Shown in pieces: positions 1 through 9,900 of a stretch of DNA of 64,000 bases. The stretch is from a virus (lineage: Duplodnaviria; Heunggongvirae; Uroviricota; Caudoviricetes), in IMG/VR virus record IMGVR_UViG_3300016476_001281; one strand, given 5' to 3'. A model generated the notes under the pieces. The model was not told the origin of the DNA, did no database searches, and was given only the letters and a program-made list of their open reading frames with translations. The translations under genes and the position numbers were made by a program. Position 1 is the first letter of the stretch, and the number at the start of each line of letters is the position of its first letter.

Positions 1-351
1 TGTAAATCTTGTGATGGTTCAGGAAAAGACCTTTCATCTAAAATTGTTATTAGAGACAATGATGGTAAAGTATTGCAAATATTTGATGCAGAGGATGGGT
101 GTGATTTCTGTGAAGGAACAGGTAAAGACTATACAGGTAAAGCGTGTTCATTTTGTCAAGGACAAGGAAAAGTAGGTTTAACACCTTGTAAAACTTGTAA
201 AGGTGATAAACGTATTTTGGGTAAACAAAAGTTAAAAAACATCAAACTAACTGGTGATGAAACTAAGTTAGAAGCAATGGGTCACTACTCAAAAGATGAA
301 GTTGGTAAAATTGGTTATCTATTATTGTTTAAACAGCAATCCTCTGAATAA
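1..351 (+). CDS. CxxCxGxG zinc-finger repeat protein (DnaJ-type Cys-rich repeat-like), 5' partial
   Basis: Frame 1 is open from base 1 and the ORF runs out of the window upstream. Four CxxCxGxG-type repeats are present: CKSCDGSG, CDFCEGTG, CSFCQGQG and CKTCKGDK. Confidence 0.5.
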   Translation, partial: CKSCDGSGKDLSSKIVIRDNDGKVLQIFDAEDGCDFCEGTGKDYTGKACSFCQGQGKVGLTPCKTCKGDKRILGKQKLKNIKLTGDETKLEAMGHYSKDEVGKIGYLLLFKQQSSE

Positions 352-958
352 AAAGTGTAACTATATAAGGTTGCATATTGTTGTGAGGAACAGTTGAACC
401 TCCTGTGGTATTACCAGTTGATGTAGAACCAGCACCTCCTGTTATACTTGTTGCATATGAGCCCCATAGGTCATCAATTGCCTGCCAACCATATTGAGTT
501 GACCCACCACCTAAATTATTATCATTACCTCTTGGACGTGTATGACTATGTGGTGGCATTTCTGTAACTGATAATGTGTGTGTTTTATCACCACCTTGTT
601 TACCTTGACCACCAAGTTGTGCTAAAGTTGGATAATTAATAGGATCATAACCTATAGAAACATTACCTCTTTTATCTATAGTTCCATTTTTACCATTACA
701 TATAGCCCAACCATATCTTTCTCCTGTAGATTTACCTAAACCTTCATTGACACTATTTGGGTCAATTATAAAATTATCTGAAATATATTGAGCAGTACAA
801 GCAATTTCTTTAATATCACCTATTTGACCATATATTGCATTAACTATAGCTTCTTCAAGTTCTCTATGTTCTGATGCATCTATTGTATTAGGTGAACCAG
901 CTAATTTCTGACTAATTAAATCTAATAATTGTTCTCTTTTATATGTAGGTATGGCCAT
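329..958 (-). CDS. phage tail-collar domain protein (tail fibre-associated)
   Basis: Motif TEMPPHSHT matches the MPxHxH signature of the tail-collar domain, and NMQPYIV matches its C-terminal NMQPY motif. The gene is followed by giant structural genes. Confidence 0.6.
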   Translation of the reverse strand: MAIPTYKREQLLDLISQKLAGSPNTIDASEHRELEEAIVNAIYGQIGDIKEIACTAQYISDNFIIDPNSVNEGLGKSTGERYGWAICNGKNGTIDKRGNVSIGYDPINYPTLAQLGGQGKQGGDKTHTLSVTEMPPHSHTRPRGNDNNLGGGSTQYGWQAIDDLWGSYATSITGGAGSTSTGNTTGGSTVPHNNMQPYIVTLFIQRIAV

Positions 959-989
959 ATTATATTTTTTATTTTTATATATTATTTTT

Positions 990-3900
990 TTAATGTGAGT
1001 AATCTACAGAGTAATCTCCAGAATAATCTGGTGGTAATGCAATTGTTGTAAAAGATAAAACATCACCAAATGTTGTTGTTAAACCTAATGACTGACCACT
1101 TGTAGTAGTTTCCTGTGTAATTGCATATGTCTGATAATAATATGTTGTATTTGGTATTAAATCTGTAAGATTTCTTACCAAACTACCACTATTTGTTTGA
1201 GTATATACTATATTTGATTGTGATGTTGATGGTGTTGTAGAAGTACTAAGATAAAATCCACAAGAGCTTAAAATAATATTTCCTTGTATTGTAACATTAC
1301 CATTTATAGTTGCTGATGCAGTTCCTACATTTGTAGGTACATTTGTTACTACACTAAATGATGCAGTTATAATATTAATTGAAGATGGTAAACAAGCAAC
1401 ATTACCTATTTCAGTATTATTAATGGAATCTAATCCAATTGTAATGTTATCAATAAATACAAAATCTGAGTTTAGATAATCAATATTAGGTGCAACACCT
1501 TCATAAGGAACTTGAATACCTTTGTAAATATTAGCATCTTCAAAATATTTAAAAAATGGAATCATATCAGTCTCATACATCTTTATATTATCTAATACCA
1601 ACATAGATTGACTTGCACCCATATCACCATTACCTTGTATAGTCATCATTAAATCAGTCTTATTATAGAAATATTCATACTTCTTTTTAATAGTATTTGT
1701 ACCAAAACCATTATATCTATCTGCAGATGTTTTTTCAATTGAATCAAATCTAAATGAGTTTTGAACAGTTAGATGGTTTATATTTTGTGCAATTGGTAAA
1801 TAAGACATTCTTTTGTATATAGGTAAACTTTGTCCATTACCAAGAGGTTGAGATGCTATTTCATAATTAAGGTTATTAAGATGTAAAATAGGTATATCTA
1901 CAATTGGTGTGATATTAATTGAAGGATCATCAATATAATTTTTATATGTAGTAATCAATTTCCAATTACCTAATGTAGGATAAACATTTGTGTTATTTTG
2001 ATTATTTTGAATATATATAGTCCAAATTCCTTGAGTATTTGTATATTCATTTGTAAATAAATCTGATATATTTGTTGAATTTGAAGAATATCCAGTTGCT
2101 CCTATACCTAATTGTTTTTCCATAGAGAATGTACCACTATATGGTTGATTTCCTGTTGATAATAATCTTGTTGATGAGAAATCAAATATTGTATTTGTAA
2201 ATCTGGTTTGAGATGTTAAGCTAATTGGATTATTTATAAACCCATTGCTATTTTTTAAATTAATTATTTTATTGGCAGGTGATATTAAATTAATTATAAT
2301 ATTACCTAAATCTGAACCAGTACAATCCAAATTAATTTCAACCGCCAAGTTTATTAAATCATTTGCTAATATTGACAAACTTTGACTATAAGTACTTGTT
2401 ATTATTGTATTATTCAAAATTGATTGTGTTGCAACAACTGAAAGTGGTTCACTTATTGTTGTAATAATATCATATGGTTGTTGATTGGTTTGTTTAAAAC
2501 TATTATTAGATACACTATAAGTAACAACATCAAACTCAACAACACTATATCTTGATTTACTTACATTCACATTATTATTATTTAATACTGCTCCAGAATT
2601 AGTTGCAGTGATATATAATTCATTACCTGTGACTCCTGAGTCAATATAATTTTGTATAGTTGGTGAAAATAAAGATACATTATTAGAAGCATTATTAGTT
2701 GATATAATTGCCTCTGATCTATTAAACTTTAAGTGTTGGTCTAATGTATCATTTAACCCACTATTTCTATATGAGAATGTCCAACCAGCATTATAGAAAT
2801 TAGATATATTAGGTAGTGCAGGGTCAAATGGTTCATTAAAACTTGCAGCATCACCAATGAAGTCTGTAAACAATTTATATTTAGTTCCTAATTTATATAA
2901 ACCATAGTTTAAATCAAATGAATTTCTAAAACGTGATGCACTTGATAATACATCATAGGTTGGATAACCATATAAATTATTTCTACTCACTGATTTTCCA
3001 GTAAGAGGTTCATATGTTTTAAAATCTCTACCTATAGAAACTGATCTTGTTACATCATAATTTGTATCAATCCAAGAGTTAAAGCTAAATATACTTGATG
3101 AAATTGAACTTTCATTTGATTTTAATTTAGATCTATTTGTATCATAGAATTTGAAATTTTGAATAACTGCTGTTGCGGTATATCTTGTTACTTTACCAGG
3201 TTCTAGAACTTTTGTACCATTTGAAATGATGGCTTCTAAAAATTGTTTATCTATTGTAACATCATTTCCATTAACAGCCAAAACTCTTGTAATACCATTA
3301 TATCCTGCATTTAATAATGTAGGTGTATTATTTATTACAATTAAACCTTTTTCAATTATTATATAATCACCTGGTAGTAAACCATGTCCATTTCCAAACA
3401 CTAGTGTAGTATTATTATACTGACAATTATCAGTAGCTTTTATATCTGTAAAGTTAAATTCTGGATAATTAGAGTTAAAGTGTCCACCATTAAAGAAACC
3501 ATCAATCCAGTGTGTATTGAACATCTCTGTAATTTTTGGATAACCTTTAAATAAACCATTATTCCAAACACCTGAGAAGTAACCATTAAAGAAACCACCA
3601 GATAACCAAACATTTTTAGTTACTTTAATTTTATGATTTGGTGAATCCTTTTCAATTCTTCTATATGGGAAAGTAGTATCTAAACTAACTTCTATCCAAG
3701 TTAAATCAGTATCTATATCAGTTATAGTGTAATAGTCTCTAATTAATTTTCTATTTTCATTAATATCAATTGCAACAATATTACCAATTGCAACTTTATC
3801 ACCTACTTTAAATGATTTACAGGAATATGTAGAACCACTTATTTTTATTTTCCAAGATATATCATATGCATAAAGAACTGATGAGTAAACATCATCAAAA

Positions 3901-4991
3901 TCTCTTACTTCTGTATCATCTCTCCAACCATTATTCCAAACTCCATTTTCCCAAATACCAGCTCTAAAATAACCATTACCTATTTTTGATGATAAACTAT
4001 ATGTAACACCATTTGTAACAGATTGATATGTATATACAGAATTATCAATTTCAACATGTAAATCACTTACAGGTACTACTTGTAAATTATTTATAGGATT
4101 ATATCCACCCACAATTTTAATATTAGACAAACGACCAACATATGGGTATGTTCTAGGTCCTACCATACTAGGTATAAAAACTAGATACTTTTTAGTACCA
4201 TCAATATTAGTTGCAGATAAATTAACATCACTAAATGAACCACTAGCAGTAAGTGAGTGTATAGGATTACCCCAAGATGCAGTTTTACCAAACTTTAAAT
4301 CATTTTGATTAACTAAGTACATTTCAATCATATCATTTGAACTACCACCAATGGTTAAAAAGTCAAAATCTAAATTAAAAAAGTCATAATCTATTAAACT
4401 TGCTATATAATTATTTCTAGGTGATACCTCTTCAAGTCCAGAGCCAAAAACAGAATAAGATGGTGATATAACACTTGATGTAGATGAGAAGTACCAATTA
4501 TATGAACCAATATTATTGGTAACTTCATAACACCAACCATTTGGTTGTAATCTATGGTTAAGTGGTAAATTCAAATATCTAAACTCTCGATAACCATTAA
4601 TGAGAAAGTCAATCTCTCTCATTGTTGACTTAGTTATATAACTTGCAGTGAAAGTTTCAGGTGCACCATATCTAATAATATTTTTAGATAACTCAGTACT
4701 TATAGGATTTGCATAAGTATAAAATAGTACACCAGAAGTAGTATCAATATCTCTTGTCTCTGACGCCACTCCTGATTTAAAAGGTGCTGAGAATTTTATA
4801 GATAATGAAGATATTGAAGAACCAGTAACACTTGTTATAAATTGATAATTTTTATTTTGATTATATAAAAATTGATCATTAAATTCATTATCTATGTAAT
4901 AAAGACCATCTATTGGAAGTCTAGTTACCCCTAAATTAAATACATAATTCCAAGTAGGAATTGAGTTTCTATCAAAAAAATAATTTGTCAT
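990..4991 (-). CDS. giant virion structural protein (putative tail fibre/adhesin) with W-x-NG-x-[FW] repeats
   Basis: 1333 aa and rich in N, S, T and Y. Repeats include GIWENGVWNNGW and GGFFNGYFSGVWNNGLFKG. The same repeat family occurs in ORF 6971..11926. Confidence 0.5.
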   Translation of the reverse strand: MTNYFFDRNSIPTWNYVFNLGVTRLPIDGLYYIDNEFNDQFLYNQNKNYQFITSVTGSSISSLSIKFSAPFKSGVASETRDIDTTSGVLFYTYANPISTELSKNIIRYGAPETFTASYITKSTMREIDFLINGYREFRYLNLPLNHRLQPNGWCYEVTNNIGSYNWYFSSTSSVISPSYSVFGSGLEEVSPRNNYIASLIDYDFFNLDFDFLTIGGSSNDMIEMYLVNQNDLKFGKTASWGNPIHSLTASGSFSDVNLSATNIDGTKKYLVFIPSMVGPRTYPYVGRLSNIKIVGGYNPINNLQVVPVSDLHVEIDNSVYTYQSVTNGVTYSLSSKIGNGYFRAGIWENGVWNNGWRDDTEVRDFDDVYSSVLYAYDISWKIKISGSTYSCKSFKVGDKVAIGNIVAIDINENRKLIRDYYTITDIDTDLTWIEVSLDTTFPYRRIEKDSPNHKIKVTKNVWLSGGFFNGYFSGVWNNGLFKGYPKITEMFNTHWIDGFFNGGHFNSNYPEFNFTDIKATDNCQYNNTTLVFGNGHGLLPGDYIIIEKGLIVINNTPTLLNAGYNGITRVLAVNGNDVTIDKQFLEAIISNGTKVLEPGKVTRYTATAVIQNFKFYDTNRSKLKSNESSISSSIFSFNSWIDTNYDVTRSVSIGRDFKTYEPLTGKSVSRNNLYGYPTYDVLSSASRFRNSFDLNYGLYKLGTKYKLFTDFIGDAASFNEPFDPALPNISNFYNAGWTFSYRNSGLNDTLDQHLKFNRSEAIISTNNASNNVSLFSPTIQNYIDSGVTGNELYITATNSGAVLNNNNVNVSKSRYSVVEFDVVTYSVSNNSFKQTNQQPYDIITTISEPLSVVATQSILNNTIITSTYSQSLSILANDLINLAVEINLDCTGSDLGNIIINLISPANKIINLKNSNGFINNPISLTSQTRFTNTIFDFSSTRLLSTGNQPYSGTFSMEKQLGIGATGYSSNSTNISDLFTNEYTNTQGIWTIYIQNNQNNTNVYPTLGNWKLITTYKNYIDDPSINITPIVDIPILHLNNLNYEIASQPLGNGQSLPIYKRMSYLPIAQNINHLTVQNSFRFDSIEKTSADRYNGFGTNTIKKKYEYFYNKTDLMMTIQGNGDMGASQSMLVLDNIKMYETDMIPFFKYFEDANIYKGIQVPYEGVAPNIDYLNSDFVFIDNITIGLDSINNTEIGNVACLPSSINIITASFSVVTNVPTNVGTASATINGNVTIQGNIILSSCGFYLSTSTTPSTSQSNIVYTQTNSGSLVRNLTDLIPNTTYYYQTYAITQETTTSGQSLGLTTTFGDVLSFTTIALPPDYSGDYSVDYSH

Positions 4992-5025
4992 AAACTATAT
5001 ATTAAATTAAGTTTATTACTTATTA

Positions 5026-6429
5026 TTATGGGGCATAAAAACAATTTACTTGTTGTGTATTATACCAATTAGTCCATGCAGTTGTTTGATTACCAAACTC
5101 ATCATATCTTGTTGGCTCATTAGATACTACATATTTATTATGAACTAATATACCATTTGCATAATATGTATGATTACCTGATAACTCTAAATTATATGTT
5201 TTAACTTCTTTAGTAATTAACTCATTTATCTCAATAATTAAAACTTTATTATTATCTATATCAAGAAGTATATCATTAAATTCTATTTTTGATACTTCAA
5301 ATTCATAAATTTTCTTAGTAAGTTCTGGATTAAATGATGACCAACCTTTATCAACTACAAAATAAGGATGACAAGATGTAGATTTAATAATTGTACCATT
5401 TGATAACTTATATTCAATTATATCACTTCTTAAAGGACTTATAACCTTTTTAACTTCACCTAATTCTTGTATTTTCAATTCTTCATTATATGTAATTACT
5501 CTATCACCTACTTTTATATCTTCTATTAATTTAATAGACTTATCATACATAGAAATCTTAGTACCTTCAACAAAACAACAAAAATTTGATGAATTATTTG
5601 TAGGACAAACTACTAAGTAATCCTGAATGGAAGAAACAGAACCATTATTTCCTATTTTTACAAAATATGTATTAATATCTTCTGAAATTAAATAATATTT
5701 ATTGGCACCTATAAAAGGTGAAGACAATGTGTTTCCATTTAACACCTTGTATATTATGGTACCTATTGTTAATATACCATCATAATAAATTGGATAATAT
5801 AAACTAGCTTCACATAATAAATTGGTTGTACTGCTGACATTTGTTGAATAACCATCACTTATTAACTCACTTTTAATTGTTGATATTTCACAAGGTATAA
5901 CTTCACTTACCAGACCTAGTGTACTTACTCTACAATTCCAACTAGAACCATCTAATAATAATATTCTCCAATATCTATTAAACCCATTAAAAGTAGTATT
6001 ATCAGTTTTTCTAACTATATAGTTTATTGCTACCTGAGTTGCAGAATTATTATTAGTATCTAAAAGTATTATAGGATTTACTGGATTAAATGGGTGTGAA
6101 AGACATATAATACTTGAATCTGTTGAACAAGTTGCTGATATTAATACACTATCTGAACTAACACTTACAAATATCTCTTTATAAGGACTATACTGACCTA
6201 CACTATCCACAATTCTTATTCTAAAATAATGATCTATATATTGAGTTGGAGTGTGACTATAACTACCACCACCTGTTTTTACTGTATTTATACCATAAGT
6301 AGGATTATGATTAACAAAAATTGGTGGAGTTGACCAAGGTGAATTTGTAGATAATCTCCATTGTATTTGATATCCAGATATACCATTGTCATCTGTTGCA
6401 CCATTCCAAGTTAAGTTTATATTAGCCAT
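5026..6429 (-). CDS. FN3-domain structural protein with C-terminal Hint/intein-like (BIL-like) autoprocessing domain
   Basis: The N-terminus has an FN3-like NLTWNGATDDNGISGYQIQW. Residues about 285-431 carry intein blocks: block A CFVEGTKI, block B TSCH (TxxH), and a terminal NGILVHN followed by Lys. Confidence 0.55.
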   Translation of the reverse strand: MANINLTWNGATDDNGISGYQIQWRLSTNSPWSTPPIFVNHNPTYGINTVKTGGGSYSHTPTQYIDHYFRIRIVDSVGQYSPYKEIFVSVSSDSVLISATCSTDSSIICLSHPFNPVNPIILLDTNNNSATQVAINYIVRKTDNTTFNGFNRYWRILLLDGSSWNCRVSTLGLVSEVIPCEISTIKSELISDGYSTNVSSTTNLLCEASLYYPIYYDGILTIGTIIYKVLNGNTLSSPFIGANKYYLISEDINTYFVKIGNNGSVSSIQDYLVVCPTNNSSNFCCFVEGTKISMYDKSIKLIEDIKVGDRVITYNEELKIQELGEVKKVISPLRSDIIEYKLSNGTIIKSTSCHPYFVVDKGWSSFNPELTKKIYEFEVSKIEFNDILLDIDNNKVLIIEINELITKEVKTYNLELSGNHTYYANGILVHNKYVVSNEPTRYDEFGNQTTAWTNWYNTQQVNCFYAP

Positions 6430-6955
6430 TTTTATTATTTAGTTTTAGAGGATTAGAATATATAAATCCTTCATTAATTAGTTTTTTTTGTTTATTACTA
6501 GGAAAAACACTTTCCATTTCCCATAAATTATCACTTATCTGTTTAATGTTTTTATATTGTTTGTTCACTTCACCATCAACAATCCATTTATCTGATATTA
6601 TATACAATTTTGTCTTTTTCAAATCTCCAGGTTTCATATTAGCATAAATAGGTAAATCTTCAAACCATAAAATATCAAAAAAAACATTGTATTTTTCTAT
6701 ACCTAATTTAGTACCTTCATATATTAACTTTTCAATACTATATAAATCATCACCATTTTTAGTTAATATTATATCAATATCTGATGTATGATTTTTTCTT
6801 CCATTTATTTTTTCTAAAAATCCACCAACTAAATAAATATCAAATTTTTCTGTCTCATCTATTTTAAAAAAATCTTCTTTCCAATTATTAAATATTTCTT
6901 CTGTTGGCCAAACCCATTTTACATCTTTTATTATACTACCATATTCTATTATCAT
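6422..6955 (-). CDS. hypothetical protein (possible minimal nucleotidyltransferase fold)
   Basis: The segment LVGGFLEKINGRKNHTSDIDIIL resembles the G[GS]...DxD motif of pol-beta-type nucleotidyltransferases. The match is weak. Confidence 0.3.
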   Translation of the reverse strand: MIIEYGSIIKDVKWVWPTEEIFNNWKEDFFKIDETEKFDIYLVGGFLEKINGRKNHTSDIDIILTKNGDDLYSIEKLIYEGTKLGIEKYNVFFDILWFEDLPIYANMKPGDLKKTKLYIISDKWIVDGEVNKQYKNIKQISDNLWEMESVFPSNKQKKLINEGFIYSNPLKLNNKNG

Positions 6956-6970
6956 AATTTTATACTATTT

Positions 6971-9900
6971 TTAACCTTGATATTGAATAAACCCACCATC
7001 ATTTGGACTTGGTGATGGACTTGGACTTGGTGATGGACTTGGACTTGGTGATGGACTTGGTGATGGACTTGGACTTGGTGATGGACTTGGACTAGGTGAT
7101 GCACTTGGTCCCAATTCACTAAATGTTGCAGTTGAATTCCAATATGGATTACTATCAGTACCTGCAATAAATCCACCCCATTGAGTTACATCTGATGAGT
7201 TATTATCACTTAATGATTCATCATAGAATATATTCCAAACATGTACAGAAGATGTACCTGTATATGACATACCATTATGTAAAATCTGTAAAACATAATC
7301 ATCAGTAACAGAACCTGTTGCACTTAAATTAAAGTAAGAACCATTCCAGTTTCCATTTCTCCATAATCCATTTTCCCAGAATACATTATATGCATTCATA
7401 TAATTAACTATACCATTTTTCCAAATCATACCAGTTGCTGTACCTGAAACAAATGTACCATTATCCCAAGTAGAGATGTTAAACTCTCCACCATCAAATA
7501 TACCATTCTTCCAAGAACAAGAACTATCAAAATTAAATGATAGTAATTGATTAACATCATATGACCTTAAAACATATGGGTTAAATGCACTTGATAAAAA
7601 TTTACCATTTTCAAATGTACCACCTAACCAAACTGAATTATTCATCTCACCACTTGGGTGTGAGAATGTACCACCTAACCAAAGTATATTTTTGAAAACT
7701 GCCTTATTTACAACTTTTGTAGTATCATTGGCTCTTTTTAAATTAGTATATATTTTTTTATCAGTAATGTATTTATCTTTAATATCTGTTACATAACCAT
7801 TTCTCCATAATCCATAATGTCTTTTAGGACTTTGTGCAAATGATTGTGCAAAATTATTTGGATTGGATTGTGATGGTATTGAAGGGGTTCCACCAATAGC
7901 AATATCTCCACTTCCTAAAAATTCACCAAATGAAAATACCCCATTATTCCAAACTCTACCTTTAAATTGTCCACCATTAAATTCTCCATCAAACCAAGTA
8001 GAGTTAGTAGCAGTGTTTGCATTACCAAACTCACCTCCATTAAATATACCATATTCCCAAGAATAGGTTTCTTTTTGACCCAAACCACTATCAGGACCTA
8101 TAGCAACACCTGCATTAAATCCATAATTAGATAAGAATTTACCTCCATTAAATATACCATCTTTCCATTTAGAACTATCTTTAAACTCACCTCCATTAAA
8201 TATCCCATAACTCCAAGTTGCAGAGTTTAATACATTTTGATTATCATTGGTTCCAAATACACCTGAATTGAATATACCATCATTCCAAGATATTAATGAG
8301 TTAGAAATACCATTATATTTCTCTGAAACTATTTTAGAGTTTTCCACAACTGCATAATTAATAGTACCATTATAGAACCAAGTTGAATCCATTGGTATTG
8401 ACTTATCACCAATTAGACCATTATTAAATACTCCATTATAGAATTTAGAATAGTAAAACTTACCTCCACTAAATACTCCATTTTCCCAATCACTTTTGAA
8501 AAATTCACCATTTAAGAAACTACCATTTTGCCAAGAAAATCTTGAATTTGTTTCTTTACCTCTCATATAATATCTGGTTTTAATATCTTGTTTATAATTA
8601 AATAATGTACTATTATCAAAACTTCTTGAGTTATAAAATAAACCATCACTAAATGTACCATTTATCCAAATTGATTCTTTAACTAATCCATTTCTAAAAT
8701 CACCACCATTCCAAATAGAATCATATAATATACCATTATCCCATATATCTGTACCACCAACAATAGATGAGTTCATATAAGTTGCCTTAGATAAAATATT
8801 AGAGTTATTTGAGAATAATGTATCAATAAATATTAGGTTTTTTAACTTTTTAATGTTATTAAAATCTTTATCACTTACATCAAAAGATTCATCTCTTAAT
8901 AATGAGTTTGTAATATATGCTCTTTTAAAGATACCTGTAATTAATCTAGATTTATTAAATTTAGTTTTGTGTAAATAACCATATTTATTTTCTGCATTTA
9001 ATGTTAAAAATAAACCACCTGGTAACAATGAAGGTAATCCTATTATTGATTTTAATTCAAGTTGTTGAGTTGTACCATTTATAAGTCTTTTCACTTTATA
9101 TGCATCTGGTAATCTTGTTAAAGAACCTGTTACACTTGTAATTTGTATTACTGCATCATTATTACCACCATTTAATGTAACTAAGTCACCAATTTGATAG
9201 CCTAATCCTGGATTAGATACAGTAGATGAAATTAAAACCCCACCATCCAATATAGTATCAATTGAAAATGTTGTTGTTATAATAGGCTCAGGTGTATTAT
9301 TAACACTAACATGTAATACTTCTAAAACATCACCTACATTATAATTAGAACCTGGATTAGATATATTTATGTTTGTTATAGAATATGGTGGTGTATTATC
9401 TACATTTATTAAAACTTCTAAACCACTACCAACTCTTGTACCATTTTGATATACAACATTTGTTTGTCTTGTTGTATATCCTTGTGATGCATAGTAATAA
9501 TTATTAATATTATCTGGTGTAAATGAATAACCAGTAACTGCACCAATAGTAGAAGCCTGTAAATTAATAGTTAATCCTGTTCCTGAACCACCAGTTGTAG
9601 TTATAACTGAACTTGTATAACCAGAACCTGTATTAATTATAGCAAATCCTGTAGTAGTAACTTTACCTCTTGTATCATAATCAACTGCATTTAAAAACAC
9701 AATACTATCATCTTCAAAATAATCAAGCTCTACTTCACTTGCAACACCTAAATTAGATATTGTATTTGTAAGTGAAAGAGTATCTGGGTCTGATGTAAAT
9801 GATAGATTATATAAACCACCACCATTATCTATATCTTTAGTTATATTGTTGTCATTACTATAATTTATATGATTACCACTATTCCAATTTGAATTTTCAA

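Noticed and set aside
5137-5577. Self-splicing intein interpretation of the Hint domain.
   Set aside because: The residue following the terminal His-Asn is Lys, not Cys, Ser or Thr, so canonical protein splicing is not supported. A BIL or Hedgehog-type autoprocessing domain is the more conservative reading.
6952-7176. ORF encoding a VHHQVQ... repeat.
   Set aside because: It is the alternative reading frame of the (SP)15 hexamer microsatellite and lies wholly inside ORF 6971..11926 on the same strand. It is a repeat artefact.
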